Assembly (NCBI GenBank): GCA_041742355.1
Contig: JBGSIV010000171.1
Location: forward strand, 1 to 21,623
Origin: Candidatus Zixiibacteriota bacterium
GTDB taxonomy: Bacteria > Zixibacteria > MSB-5A5 > GN15 > FEB-12
Length of the DNA stretch: 21,623 bases
Reading direction: 5' to 3'
Shown here: one piece after another, positions 8,585 to 18,300 of the stretch
Numbering within the stretch: position 1 is the first letter of the stretch
How the letters are laid out: every line of letters begins with the position of its first letter
Position numbers and translations under genes: made by a program
The notes under the pieces: generated by a model
What the model was told of the DNA's origin: nothing
Databases searched by the model: none
The model's input: the letters and a program-made list of their open reading frames with translations, nothing else

Positions 8585-10204
8585 CTAACGCGGATACCAT
8601 CTGGCAGATCTGGTTTTCCCTTCGCAGCGTATCTTGTCTTCTGCCACCAAGTCTCTCAGAAGCGATTTTATCTGATCCTTGGATATACTTGGCAATACCT
8701 GTCGGAACTCGGCGAATTGCGTCCCGTGCTTTTTAAACTCCTTGATATGCTGCAGCAGTAAGGTCTTATTCGTCTCTCGATCCAGGCCTTTCTTGCGGGT
8801 GTAGGCTCCGCTCTTACCAACGAACTCATAGTATTTTCTAGACAGTATGTATTTTGTCCCGCGGCCTTTTCCCAAGCGTTCAACAACCTCCTGCTCTATG
8901 AGGTAGGTGATCCTGTCCTTAAGCTCTGCCGGTACCTTCTTATCCCGATTCAGGGCATCCAGTATCAGAAAATCCCCAGTCGCGAATCTCGACAGCTTCT
9001 CCTGGCCTATCCTGTCGAGAAACTTCACAAAACGGGGGTCTTTGATTAGTCCGGACAAAGTGAGAAATACTTGGAAGTCGTCTGTGCCTGTGAAATCGGG
9101 GGCAACCTTGCCCTCCTTGACGCTTTCCTCATACATCAAATTGACACCTTGGCCAGACCGCTCGACGAAGCCGCAACGTGCAAGTACTTCAGCGATGAGG
9201 CGGTTCCTGGGATGTTGTCGCCAGAGGATGTTCTCAGGGGTGATTCCAGGTGGCATTCCTCCAGGACTGACAATTTCAATTCGCCGGGGGTATTGCTTGA
9301 CAAAGATCGATCCCGCCAGTCGGTAGTCTCGATGGCTTACAGCGTTGAGCAAAGCCTCGCGCACGGCTCTCTCATTAAAGGTCCGAATGTCTCGAAGGAA
9401 GAGCCCGTCGTGCAGGTGCTGCACATCGTTCCTCAGATTGATTACCTTCCACAGCTCATCGTATATCTGGAAGAAGGCGTCGCGGAAGTCGAGGCGTTCT
9501 TGTGGCGCCCCACTAGCGTCTGACGATCGGTATTCGAATACTATCTCTGCTTGAGATAGATGCCGAGTCAAAGCTCTCCTACTACCAACCAGAACCAGTG
9601 CCGCATATGTGACTTCATGATCGATGAGTAGGCCGGCGTCTTCAAGAAACTGGAGATCAGGCACTTCCCGGGCTGTTTTCTGTCCTGTCTTCCGATACCA
9701 AGCCTCACGGAGTGCGGCGATTGCACTTGGGTTGAGATTATCAACGGTGACTGCCTTGCAGATCTCGGCACTGAAGTCGGTAACAGTTTCCTCGAAGATC
9801 TTCCTGAGCATGTCGTTGGACATCGGCACGAGGCTCTCGCCGCTACGCATCCAGTTAGTCCCCTTGTAGCTGATTGGGAGCCCTGGTGGTCGAGAAGGCA
9901 CATCGAAGATCAATACTCGTCCATCTGGATGCGGCAATTCAACCGCCAGCACCTTCATGTGTAGGGCCTGTAAAAGACCCTGGACTGCCTTCTCAACTGG
10001 TTTAAACGCGTTTGACCCCACGACTCTCCTGGGAATCTTATTGGTAACTCCGAGGATCAACTTCCCGCCTCCCTCGTTCGCAAATGCCGAGCAGTACCTC
10101 GCGAGTTCATGGAAGTCATACCCGTTCTTTCCCTCCTTAAATTCGAGGTGCTCGTCCTCACGAGAATCCATCAACTCTTTCAGTTGGTCCAGCATGACAC
10201 TCAT
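8585..10204 (-). CDS. AlbA_2 (Schlafen-like) + HATPase_c_4 ('RecG C-terminal') + wHTH protein, 539 aa
   Basis: N-terminal EDEHLEFKE...SAFANEGGGKLILGV (AlbA_2), central AVREALLNAVSHRDY...IEIVSPGG...RNRLIAEVL...VERSGQG (HATPase_c_4), and winged-helix ends (GKGRGTKY; EGKTRSARW). The start overlaps the helicase stop (ATGA). Confidence 0.88.
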   Translation of the reverse strand: MSVMLDQLKELMDSREDEHLEFKEGKNGYDFHELARYCSAFANEGGGKLILGVTNKIPRRVVGSNAFKPVEKAVQGLLQALHMKVLAVELPHPDGRVLIFDVPSRPPGLPISYKGTNWMRSGESLVPMSNDMLRKIFEETVTDFSAEICKAVTVDNLNPSAIAALREAWYRKTGQKTAREVPDLQFLEDAGLLIDHEVTYAALVLVGSRRALTRHLSQAEIVFEYRSSDASGAPQERLDFRDAFFQIYDELWKVINLRNDVQHLHDGLFLRDIRTFNERAVREALLNAVSHRDYRLAGSIFVKQYPRRIEIVSPGGMPPGITPENILWRQHPRNRLIAEVLARCGFVERSGQGVNLMYEESVKEGKVAPDFTGTDDFQVFLTLSGLIKDPRFVKFLDRIGQEKLSRFATGDFLILDALNRDKKVPAELKDRITYLIEQEVVERLGKGRGTKYILSRKYYEFVGKSGAYTRKKGLDRETNKTLLLQHIKEFKKHGTQFAEFRQVLPSISKDQIKSLLRDLVAEDKIRCEGKTRSARWYPR

Positions 10205-13200
10205 GACGGAACCTCTCCCACTTCAAGAAGCTCGCAGAGATCGCAGTTCACGCTTGTGACGTGAAAATCCAATGGTTGCATGAATGGCTGTCGAACATAA
10301 GTAAGTTGTGTCTGATCGCCGTCGACCAGCCCGATAGCCAGAATGAATGCCTCCGGCTCATTCAGCGCGTACGTGATTTCGTTGCGTGTCACTGTTACCG
10401 TCTTCTTCCCCACTGCCCGCCCTTTGACCTCGATGAACCGCAGCTTGCCGGTATCCGGATCCTTAGACTCGATATCGTAGCCCTTTTTCAGGTCGTGCAC
10501 GTCGCACGGGATGAACCCGAGCTTTCGCTCAGCTTCCATCACCGCCCGCATAGCGGCCCATTCGACCTTCGATCGCTCCTCCTGGGAAACCGAATATTCA
10601 CCGGTCGACCGCCCCTGGAGTCGATCCAGCAGCCCCTGTGGCACGACCAGCGCTCCGCCGACAATCAGGGGTGGCGCCGGGGAAATCATGCGCTCCCGCT
10701 CCAGTTCCTCCATCCGGCCCTTGAGCCGGGCCTCCAGTTCGTCGGCCCGTTGCCGGGCTTTGCCGGAGTTCAGGCGCGGAGTTTTGCCGGCAAGCTCCTG
10801 GGCCTTGAGCTGCTCGGCGCGGTTGTCCCAATAGTTGATCTCTTTGGTCAACCGGTCTTTGACGGCGACCATGGTCTTGCGGATGTGCTCTTCTTTGCGG
10901 GAGCGAACTTCACCCAAATGTGCGGGCACGAGATGCTCGATCGCATATGATTCCGCATCACCGGCGAGATCCCGGTTGAGCCAGTGGTCTTTCAGTTCCT
11001 CGGCGACGGCTTCTCGCTCATCATCGGAGAGCGGCCGGTAGTCGAGGTATGGGGCGTAGCCGGCCGGCCGCTTCCGGCCGTCGCCATCGATCTCGACAAA
11101 CTGCAGCTGCCGGGATGTTATCATTGGCTCCCCCGACCGGGTGCGCCGGGAGTCGTTGATCCGGCTCTCGAGGTAGAAGAGGGCGCGCACATTCTCGCTG
11201 TCGTCATTTGGGTCAACCAGCACGGCGCCGGATTTGAGCACATCGCGGTGGCGCTCGAGAATCAGGTCGATCGTGGCATCGAGCAACGGATGGCCCGGGC
11301 AGACCAGCTCAGCCATCGGTTTGCCGGGGACGTTTCTCAGGTCCTTCTCAAAGGTCACTCGCTCGTAGCGGGTCAGGATAGGCGCGCCGACGCCGATCTC
11401 CCGATCCCGATTCCGGACGGATGCGGGCACGTACGTGATCTCAAACCGCTTCGGCTCCCGTTCCCGCATGGTGCCCCCGAGCTGCTTGAACGCCTCGAGG
11501 TAGAATGACGCTACAAAATGGGGCTGCAGGCGCCGGGCTTCGGCCCGTTCCATCTCCTGGCCGATCTCGTGCACTTTCTTCACGTCCATCGAGTCGTAGG
11601 CCAGAGCACGCTCGGCGAGTAGTTCGCGCAGCCGCTCCCGGTCCAGGGCCTGGTCGACAACCTGAGAGAGCTTCTCGCGGACTTCCGGCTGGTCACCATA
11701 CCGGATCGCCTCAATCAGCAATTTCCGAAGTTCGGTCCCCTGAAAAACGCGGCCGAGGACATCGAATACGCCGGCGCCGAGCGCCTCGCGTTCGACCTTG
11801 AGCTTCTCCAACAGCCGGACGAACACGTCACCTTCGCGGGTTTTTTCGGCGACCAGGTTCCACAGGTGGCAGACCTCGGTCTGCCCGATGCGATGGATAC
11901 GGCCAAAGCGCTGCTCCAGGCGGTTCGGGTTCCAGGGGAGATCGTAGTTTACCATCAGGTGCGCCCGCTGAAGGTTGATACCCTCCCCTGCCGCGTCGGT
12001 GGCGACCAGAATCGACACTTCCCTGTCCTGGGTGAAGGCTTCCTGGGCCTTCCTCCGCTCCTCCCGGCCCATATTCCCCTGGATGTTTACCACGGTCTCG
12101 GGTCGGCCAAGGTAGTCTCGGATCTTCGTGGTGAGGTAGTTCAGCGTATCCCTGTGCTCCGTGAATATGACCAGCTTGCGGCGGTTGCCGGCGCTGTCAA
12201 ACATCTCGGAGTGGTCATGCAAGAGCTTGGAGAGTTCTTCCCATTTGGTATCGTGGCCGCTGCGGCGAACGGCATGGGCAAGCTCCTCAAGGCCGCGCAG
12301 GATCTCAATTTCGACCTTGAGTTCGGCTATGGTCCGAGACGCTGTGGCCTGGTCGACGATGTTCTCTTCGGCATCTTCAATTTCGCCGGCGGGCGAATCT
12401 TCAAACTCATCCTCGTCGTCGATGGTCGGCAGACTTGAAGGAGTAAGGCTCAGAGGGGACTCTGCGCCCCGTTTCAGAAGCTCTTCCTCCCTGAGCCGCT
12501 TCTCGAGGCGCTCTTTGCGGCGGCGGATAGACTGGTAAATCGCTTCGGGCGAAGAGGCGAGGCGGCGCTGGAGAATGGTCAAGGCAAATCCGATTGTCCC
12601 CTTGCGCCCTTCGTTTTCGAGGGCATCGGCCCGGTTAAACTCCTCCCGGACGTAGTTTGTGACCTCTTTGTAGAGCTTAGCTTCCTCATCGGACAGCTTG
12701 TAGCAGACAGAGCTCGCAAATCTCGGTGGGAAAAGCGCCTTTCCGTCGAACTTCAGGAGCTGTTCCTTGACGAGGCGACGCATGATGTCGGACGTGTCTA
12801 CCGTGTGGACGCCGTCACGGAACTTCCCCTCGAACCGGTCGCCGTCGAGGAGGGCCATGAAGAGCTGGAAGTCCTCTTCCTTGCCGTTGTGGGGGGTGGC
12901 GGTCAGAAGGAGGAAGTGCCTGGTCAGCCCGGAGAGCATCCGGCCGAGCTTATGGCGCTTGGTCTCCTTCACTTCACCGGAGAAGAACGACGCCGACATC
13001 TTGTGCGCTTCATCGCACACGATGAGGTCCCAGTCGGTTTGGCTGAGCTTGGCTTGGATGTCCTCGTTCCGGCTCATGTGGTCCAGCCGGCTGATTATGA
13101 GGTTCTTCTCGGCATAGGGGTTGCCGCTTTTGGAGTCCTCAATGGACTGCCGGGATATGATGGTGAAGTCCAGCCCAAAACGCTGCCAGAGTTCATCCTG

Positions 13201-13701
13201 CCACTGGTCGACCAGGTTGCCGGGCGCACAGATAAGACAGCGCTGGAGATCGCCGCGGATCAGCAGCTCCTTGATGAAGAGGCCAGCCATGATCGTCTTG
13301 CCCGAGCCCGGATCGTCCGCGAGGAGGTATCTGAGCGGCTGTCTGGGGAGCATCTCCTGGTAGACTGCGGTGATCTGGTGCGGCAGCGGCTCTATCGTTG
13401 ACGTGTGGACAGCCACCATGGGGTCGAAGAGGTAGGCCAGTCGGATCCGGTAGGCCTCAGAGGCGAGCCGAAGGCTGGCGCCATCGGCGTGGAAGTTCCA
13501 CGGAGAGCCGTGGGAGACGATATCAATTGTCGGTTCGTCAGCTCTGTAAACGAGCCGGTCGCGGACTGTGCCGTCAGATTCCCTGAAGTACAGGGTCAGG
13601 CACGCTGAGCCATGCCATTTGGTTTCAACAACGGTAACAGTGTCATTCGGGACAATGCCGCGGACGGACGCCCCCTTGAGCAACTCCTCCAACCTGGCCA
13701 T
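10201..13701 (-). CDS. SNF2-family helicase with C-terminal DUF3883 (NO VEIN-like, PD-(D/E)XK) nuclease domain, 1166 aa
   Basis: LLADDPGSGKT, DEAH, LTATPHNG, ATDAAGEGINLQ and EQRFGRIHRIGQ motifs; C-terminal GYDIES...RFIEVKG. RBS GGGAGGAG precedes the ATG. Confidence 0.93.
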   Translation of the reverse strand: MARLEELLKGASVRGIVPNDTVTVVETKWHGSACLTLYFRESDGTVRDRLVYRADEPTIDIVSHGSPWNFHADGASLRLASEAYRIRLAYLFDPMVAVHTSTIEPLPHQITAVYQEMLPRQPLRYLLADDPGSGKTIMAGLFIKELLIRGDLQRCLICAPGNLVDQWQDELWQRFGLDFTIISRQSIEDSKSGNPYAEKNLIISRLDHMSRNEDIQAKLSQTDWDLIVCDEAHKMSASFFSGEVKETKRHKLGRMLSGLTRHFLLLTATPHNGKEEDFQLFMALLDGDRFEGKFRDGVHTVDTSDIMRRLVKEQLLKFDGKALFPPRFASSVCYKLSDEEAKLYKEVTNYVREEFNRADALENEGRKGTIGFALTILQRRLASSPEAIYQSIRRRKERLEKRLREEELLKRGAESPLSLTPSSLPTIDDEDEFEDSPAGEIEDAEENIVDQATASRTIAELKVEIEILRGLEELAHAVRRSGHDTKWEELSKLLHDHSEMFDSAGNRRKLVIFTEHRDTLNYLTTKIRDYLGRPETVVNIQGNMGREERRKAQEAFTQDREVSILVATDAAGEGINLQRAHLMVNYDLPWNPNRLEQRFGRIHRIGQTEVCHLWNLVAEKTREGDVFVRLLEKLKVEREALGAGVFDVLGRVFQGTELRKLLIEAIRYGDQPEVREKLSQVVDQALDRERLRELLAERALAYDSMDVKKVHEIGQEMERAEARRLQPHFVASFYLEAFKQLGGTMREREPKRFEITYVPASVRNRDREIGVGAPILTRYERVTFEKDLRNVPGKPMAELVCPGHPLLDATIDLILERHRDVLKSGAVLVDPNDDSENVRALFYLESRINDSRRTRSGEPMITSRQLQFVEIDGDGRKRPAGYAPYLDYRPLSDDEREAVAEELKDHWLNRDLAGDAESYAIEHLVPAHLGEVRSRKEEHIRKTMVAVKDRLTKEINYWDNRAEQLKAQELAGKTPRLNSGKARQRADELEARLKGRMEELERERMISPAPPLIVGGALVVPQGLLDRLQGRSTGEYSVSQEERSKVEWAAMRAVMEAERKLGFIPCDVHDLKKGYDIESKDPDTGKLRFIEVKGRAVGKKTVTVTRNEITYALNEPEAFILAIGLVDGDQTQLTYVRQPFMQPLDFHVTSVNCDLCELLEVGEVPS

Positions 13702-14128
13702 GAACTCCTCCCCATGTCAATGTCTGAAAACGGTCTCTTGTAAGCGCCTCACGTCGACCTAATCCTGAGCCGTGCGATCGATCTGATAAATGAAAGGCGA
13801 TTGGCCGCGGACCGCGACTTCGTTCTTCGGCCGGCCGAAGGCCCTTATTATTTGCAAAGGAAGTAGGATACTTGGGCGGCTTCTGCGCCCCGGGACAGAG
13901 TCCGAACGCGCGACAGAATAGCGGCACCTTCACGATGCCTTGAACCGAATGCGTAGTCTGACCCCAGATGGCAGCCTTCAAAGTCAATCTCTCCCGGTTT
14001 GTTGATCGAATATACGGGACGAAATCCGGTGACGCAAGGGGTCGCTCACATGGAATGTGTCTTCGGAGATCTGTCGTTGGTGGTGATATGGGACCGCTCC
14101 CTGTGGACGCTCAGATTCAGGCTGAGAC

Positions 14129-14715
14129 TGCACAATTTGCACAATCGAAATTCATCCGGAAATTGGCCTAATGCTCAAATTGCCAACTACTTGGCGAGAA
14201 TCATGACTTGTGCATCCTTGTGCAAACGCACTGTGGCCATCTTGGCGTGCGACACACCTTCGGCAGCGAGCCGGATCGCCACCTGACTTGAGAGGGAGCC
14301 CTGCGAGTTGTCGAACAACCGGTGCGGTTCCGCTGGATGTGGATCGATGGTGGAAGTGTAACTCCCGCCCGGGAACGGGTGCCCCCACAGAAGTCTGCAC
14401 CATTTGCACCATTCCGGAAACCGCGGGAAGTGATCATAATGCAAAAACCAGCAATAGCTTGGAGGAATTGGGCCGTCTCGATCGATGGTGCACGATCGTG
14501 CGGCCCCGGCGGAGACCAGGCGATGAGCGAAGGGAATGTTCGAGGAGTTTCCGGGCCGGCTCCTTCACCGGTCCTCGGCCTCGGCAGGCCTCACGCCGGC
14601 GGGATCTACTGGGTCGGCCCCTTCGGTCCTTCGCCAAGGCTCCGCTTGCTTAACAGATGGCCGCACAAGCCAAATTGGAAGATGCACTGGCGGCGCATTT
14701 GACGCATTTGACGCA
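14129..14715. repeat. Scattered short tandem repeats with 9-10 bp period in an apparently non-coding interval
   Basis: TGCACAAT-T-TGCACAAT (14129-14145), CTTGTGCA-TC-CTTGTGCA (14207-14224, inverted relative to the first), TGCACCATT x2 (14396-14413) and CGCATTTGA x2 + CGCA (14694-14715). Confidence 0.55.
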
Positions 14716-15060
14716 AAATTGAGTTCGCGGATCTCCTCGTAACTGCCGATTGGGTCACAGCTTGGGCGTTTTGATGCCCTGGCCTTATTGCGCCAGTTCG
14801 CGCAGCGCTGCTACAATTACATTCTGAGATTGGTTGATAGCCCCCCGGCGACGGTCTGACCGTGAATCATCGTTGAACCTGACCACGTCGTGAATCACTG
14901 ATGTCTTCAGCAGGGAAGGAACTGTATCATTGCGCGCAGCAGCTTTCTCTGAAGTTTCACATTCTGTGACGGCTCCTCTCGTCCGGAGGTGGATTTTTCC
15001 TCAGCAATCTCGACATTCAGACGCGCACCTCAGATGCACTATTCCAGTCGTCGACAGCTA

Positions 15061-15089
15061 TTGACATCGTGGTTAGATCAGGCTATACT
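15061..15089 (+). promoter_or_regulatory. Sigma70-type promoter for the giant secreted protein gene
   Basis: TTGACA (15061-15066), a 17-nt spacer and TATACT (15084-15089), pointing toward the ATG at 15329. Confidence 0.7.
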
Positions 15090-15328
15090 CTTGATCGATA
15101 GGACGAACCGCAGCATTGCTGCGTGAAAAAGGTAATCTCGCAGCGTATGGTGGCGGCTATTCTCATTAGCGGGGATTTTCCTCACATTATACGTTCTCTG
15201 AACGCAGGTAGTCGCAGCCGACGTTCGCTTGAATCCCATGCATCCTTGACAGATCGCTCTTTCCTCCGGAACCTCATCAGAAGTAGAGAACACAGGGGAC
15301 CAACACTATCTTCTCGTAGGGTGAAGAA

Positions 15329-18300
15329 ATGTCCATATTATCAATGTCCTCCGGTATCTTTCGCGCACTTACGCGAATAGTAGTCCTAATCGCTCTCTTG
15401 GCATCACCGACTCTGGCTAACACGATTTGGGTGGATTTCTCCAGTGGCAACGACGCCACCGGCGCGGGGACAGAGGTTAACCCCTACAAAACAATCACCA
15501 AGGGGATTTCCGTCGCGTCCACTAACGATACCGTGATGGCTAAGCCGGCAACTTACATCGAGAACGTCACCATTAACAAAAGTGTTGTCGTTGCCTCGCA
15601 GGCGGGCCAAGCGGTGACGTCGATTAAAGCCGCGGTTTCTGGCAACACGGTCACGATAAGTGGCACTGCCTCCCCCGCAACCAGATTGATCGGCTTTCGA
15701 ATTGTCGGATACAATGGCGGCACTGGAAGTAATATCGAAATGAACAGCATCATGGCCACTGTTACTAACTGCTTGATCGACACAGCAGCCCGCTGGCCCA
15801 TCAAGGGGATTAACCCCGCAGGCGTTGCCCTGGTTAGAACCTTCAATACATTCACGCCCCGGCAGGATCAGAAATACAATGCCTACGTCATCAACGCTGG
15901 TACGATAACGGAGTCGACGACGTGGCCGGTGCCGGACTCCGGCTACTGCTACCTGACCTATCCCAATCATGATATTTATGTGCACGGGGCCGGTAATCCG
16001 ACGCTAACTCTGTTGCCGGGGACGGTGATCAAGTTCTGGGGCGATAACTCCAGCCTCTACATCGGTTATGATGGGCCAGGGAAGCTCTTGGCTGACGAGG
16101 TCATCTTCACCTCCTGGGCCGATGATACCCTGGGCGATGCCTCTGGAGAGGGGGCATCGAGTGGCGCTGCCGGGCAGTGGCAGGAATTGCAATTCTTTAA
16201 TGCTGCTGATGATGCCAGCCAGATCACTAATTGTGTGATCCGCTACGGTCACGGACTGGTGCTGGACAACGCCGCCCCCACAATCGAGGGGTGTACGTTT
16301 CTGGCGAACATCAATGACCAGCTCATCGTGAACAGTGAGAATGGCGGTGACAAGGTCCGGGGAAACACCTTCCTTGGCTTGGCCGGTGTCAACGGCTGGC
16401 CGGTCTTGCTGCATCCGGGGGCGGTGGACAGCGTGGTGGCCAACAACACCTTTATTGCCCGTCCGGACAGTGCCTACCGGGCTTTCCGAATTGCCACCTA
16501 TGGACCTGTGACGGAGTCGACGACGTGGCCGGTGCCGGACCCCGGCTTCTGCTACTTGACGTACCCGAATCAGGACATCCACGTGTATGGAGCCGCTAAT
16601 CCCACCTTAACCTTGTTGCCGGGGACGGTGATCAAGTTCTGGGGCAGCAGTTCCAGTCTCTACATTGGGTATCAGGGGCCAGGGAAACTGCTGGCGGATG
16701 GTGTGATCTTTACCTCGTGGACGGACGACACGCTGGGTGATGCCTCTGGTGAGGGAATCTCGGCTGGAGGACCGGGGCACTGGCAGGAGTTTAAGTTCTT
16801 CAACGCTGCCGATGACGCCAGCCAGGTGACCAACTGCGTGGTCCGCTTTGGACACGGTTTGGATATAGAACACAGCTCGCCAGATCTCTCGGGGATCCAC
16901 ACCTACAAAAACCAGGACGCTGGGATTGCAGCGCATGGAGCCGCATACCCGACCATTGTGAATTGCATCGCGTCGGAGAACACCGGGGCAGGCCTTCTCA
17001 CGTATGATGCCGCCAATCCCGACATTACCGGATGTCACTTTGTGGACAACACCACATATGGGGTGTGGAACCAGACTAACAGTGTTACCGTGAATGCACA
17101 ATATTGCTGGTGGGGTGATGAATCAGGCCCCTATCATCCCTCTCTGAACCCACTGGGGCTTGGCAATCAGGTTTCCGACAACGTCGACTTCACGCCCTGG
17201 ATGGGATCACCTTCGTCTCCGCCACTCTTGACCTACTCCACAACTGACGGCTTCGGCGATGACGCCATCTTCCCCGACACCGGCCGACCGATGACCGAAT
17301 ACGAGTTCCGCGTCATCTACGCCGACCCGAACGACGACCCCCCGATGGCCGGCTACCCGCGAGTCAGAATCGATATAGACGGCAACGGCACCATCGACTC
17401 TCTTACTGATATCGTCGCAGCCATGGCACCCGTCGATGGTGACACGATTTACCTCGACGGTCGGGAGTACACCTTTCGGACTTATCTTCCAGCCAGCACG
17501 ACCATCAAGCACTCGTTTGAGGCCACAGACATTGAGGGGCTGCCGGCGACATTGCAATCGGGGCTCATCGGATGGGGCGCCGGGCCGTATGTCTCCGACA
17601 ACCTGGTTGATCTGGAAATCCATGCGGGGGACATCTCTTTTTCCGACCCGCACCCCGACTCCTATGAACAGGTTGCCATCTACGCCGGAGTTACGAGCAA
17701 CGCTCCCGGCGTTCTGAACAACGTTCCGGCCTATCTGTTCATCGGCGACGATTTGGTCGATTCGGCGCTGGTTTCCGTGGTGAGTCCGGGCTATTCGGCC
17801 AGCCTCTTTCACTTTGACTATGCCTTCCCCGGGGATGACTTCTACTCGGTACGCGTTGTTGTTGACCCGGCTAACACCACCGGCGACTACAACCTGCTCG
17901 ACAACGCGGCAGCTCGAGGTCTCGCTGTCGGTGACTACGTCTTCCCGGGTGGCATCGATCTCAACATCTTTCCACCTGTGACTGCAATCCGCAACTATCC
18001 CACGGACTTCAGCTTCGAAGCCCACTACTACGGTCTTGGCTTCACCGACAGCTTGCCGGTGGCTGGAGCAACAGTAACCTACCAGGTGTTGGAACAGGGC
18101 ACGGCCGCCCTGACCACTTACTCCAACGACTACGGTCTCGGCCGGGCGAACTTCGTTGCTCCATCGGATACTGGTATGTACACAATAGAGGTGACTCTTA
18201 CCGACTACACTATAACCCAGACCGAGCGGGTAACCTTTCACGTCATCAGCGGACCGATTTGCGAAGACCTGCTCGCCCTGAGCGCTATTAATATCGATCT

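Noticed and set aside
8585..10204. Calling this gene recG
   Set aside because: It has no SF2 helicase motifs; the 'RecG C-terminal' label is only the name of the HATPase_c_4 domain.
108..13608. Many plus-strand ORFs in the track (e.g. 1971..2837, 4873..5940, 10261..10950)
   Set aside because: They are antisense shadows of well-supported minus-strand genes in GC-rich DNA and show no recognisable motifs.
13702..15328. CRISPR array, tRNA or att site, or real CDSs among the short ORFs here
   Set aside because: I found no regularly spaced 25-40 bp repeats and no tRNA cloverleaf or T-loop motif by eye. The ORFs are short, overlap each other and lack protein-like features.
15908..16861. Diversity-generating retroelement TR/VR pair
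   Set aside because: The mismatches are not adenine-specific (many are C/T or third-position changes), both copies are in frame within one gene, and no reverse transcriptase is in the window.
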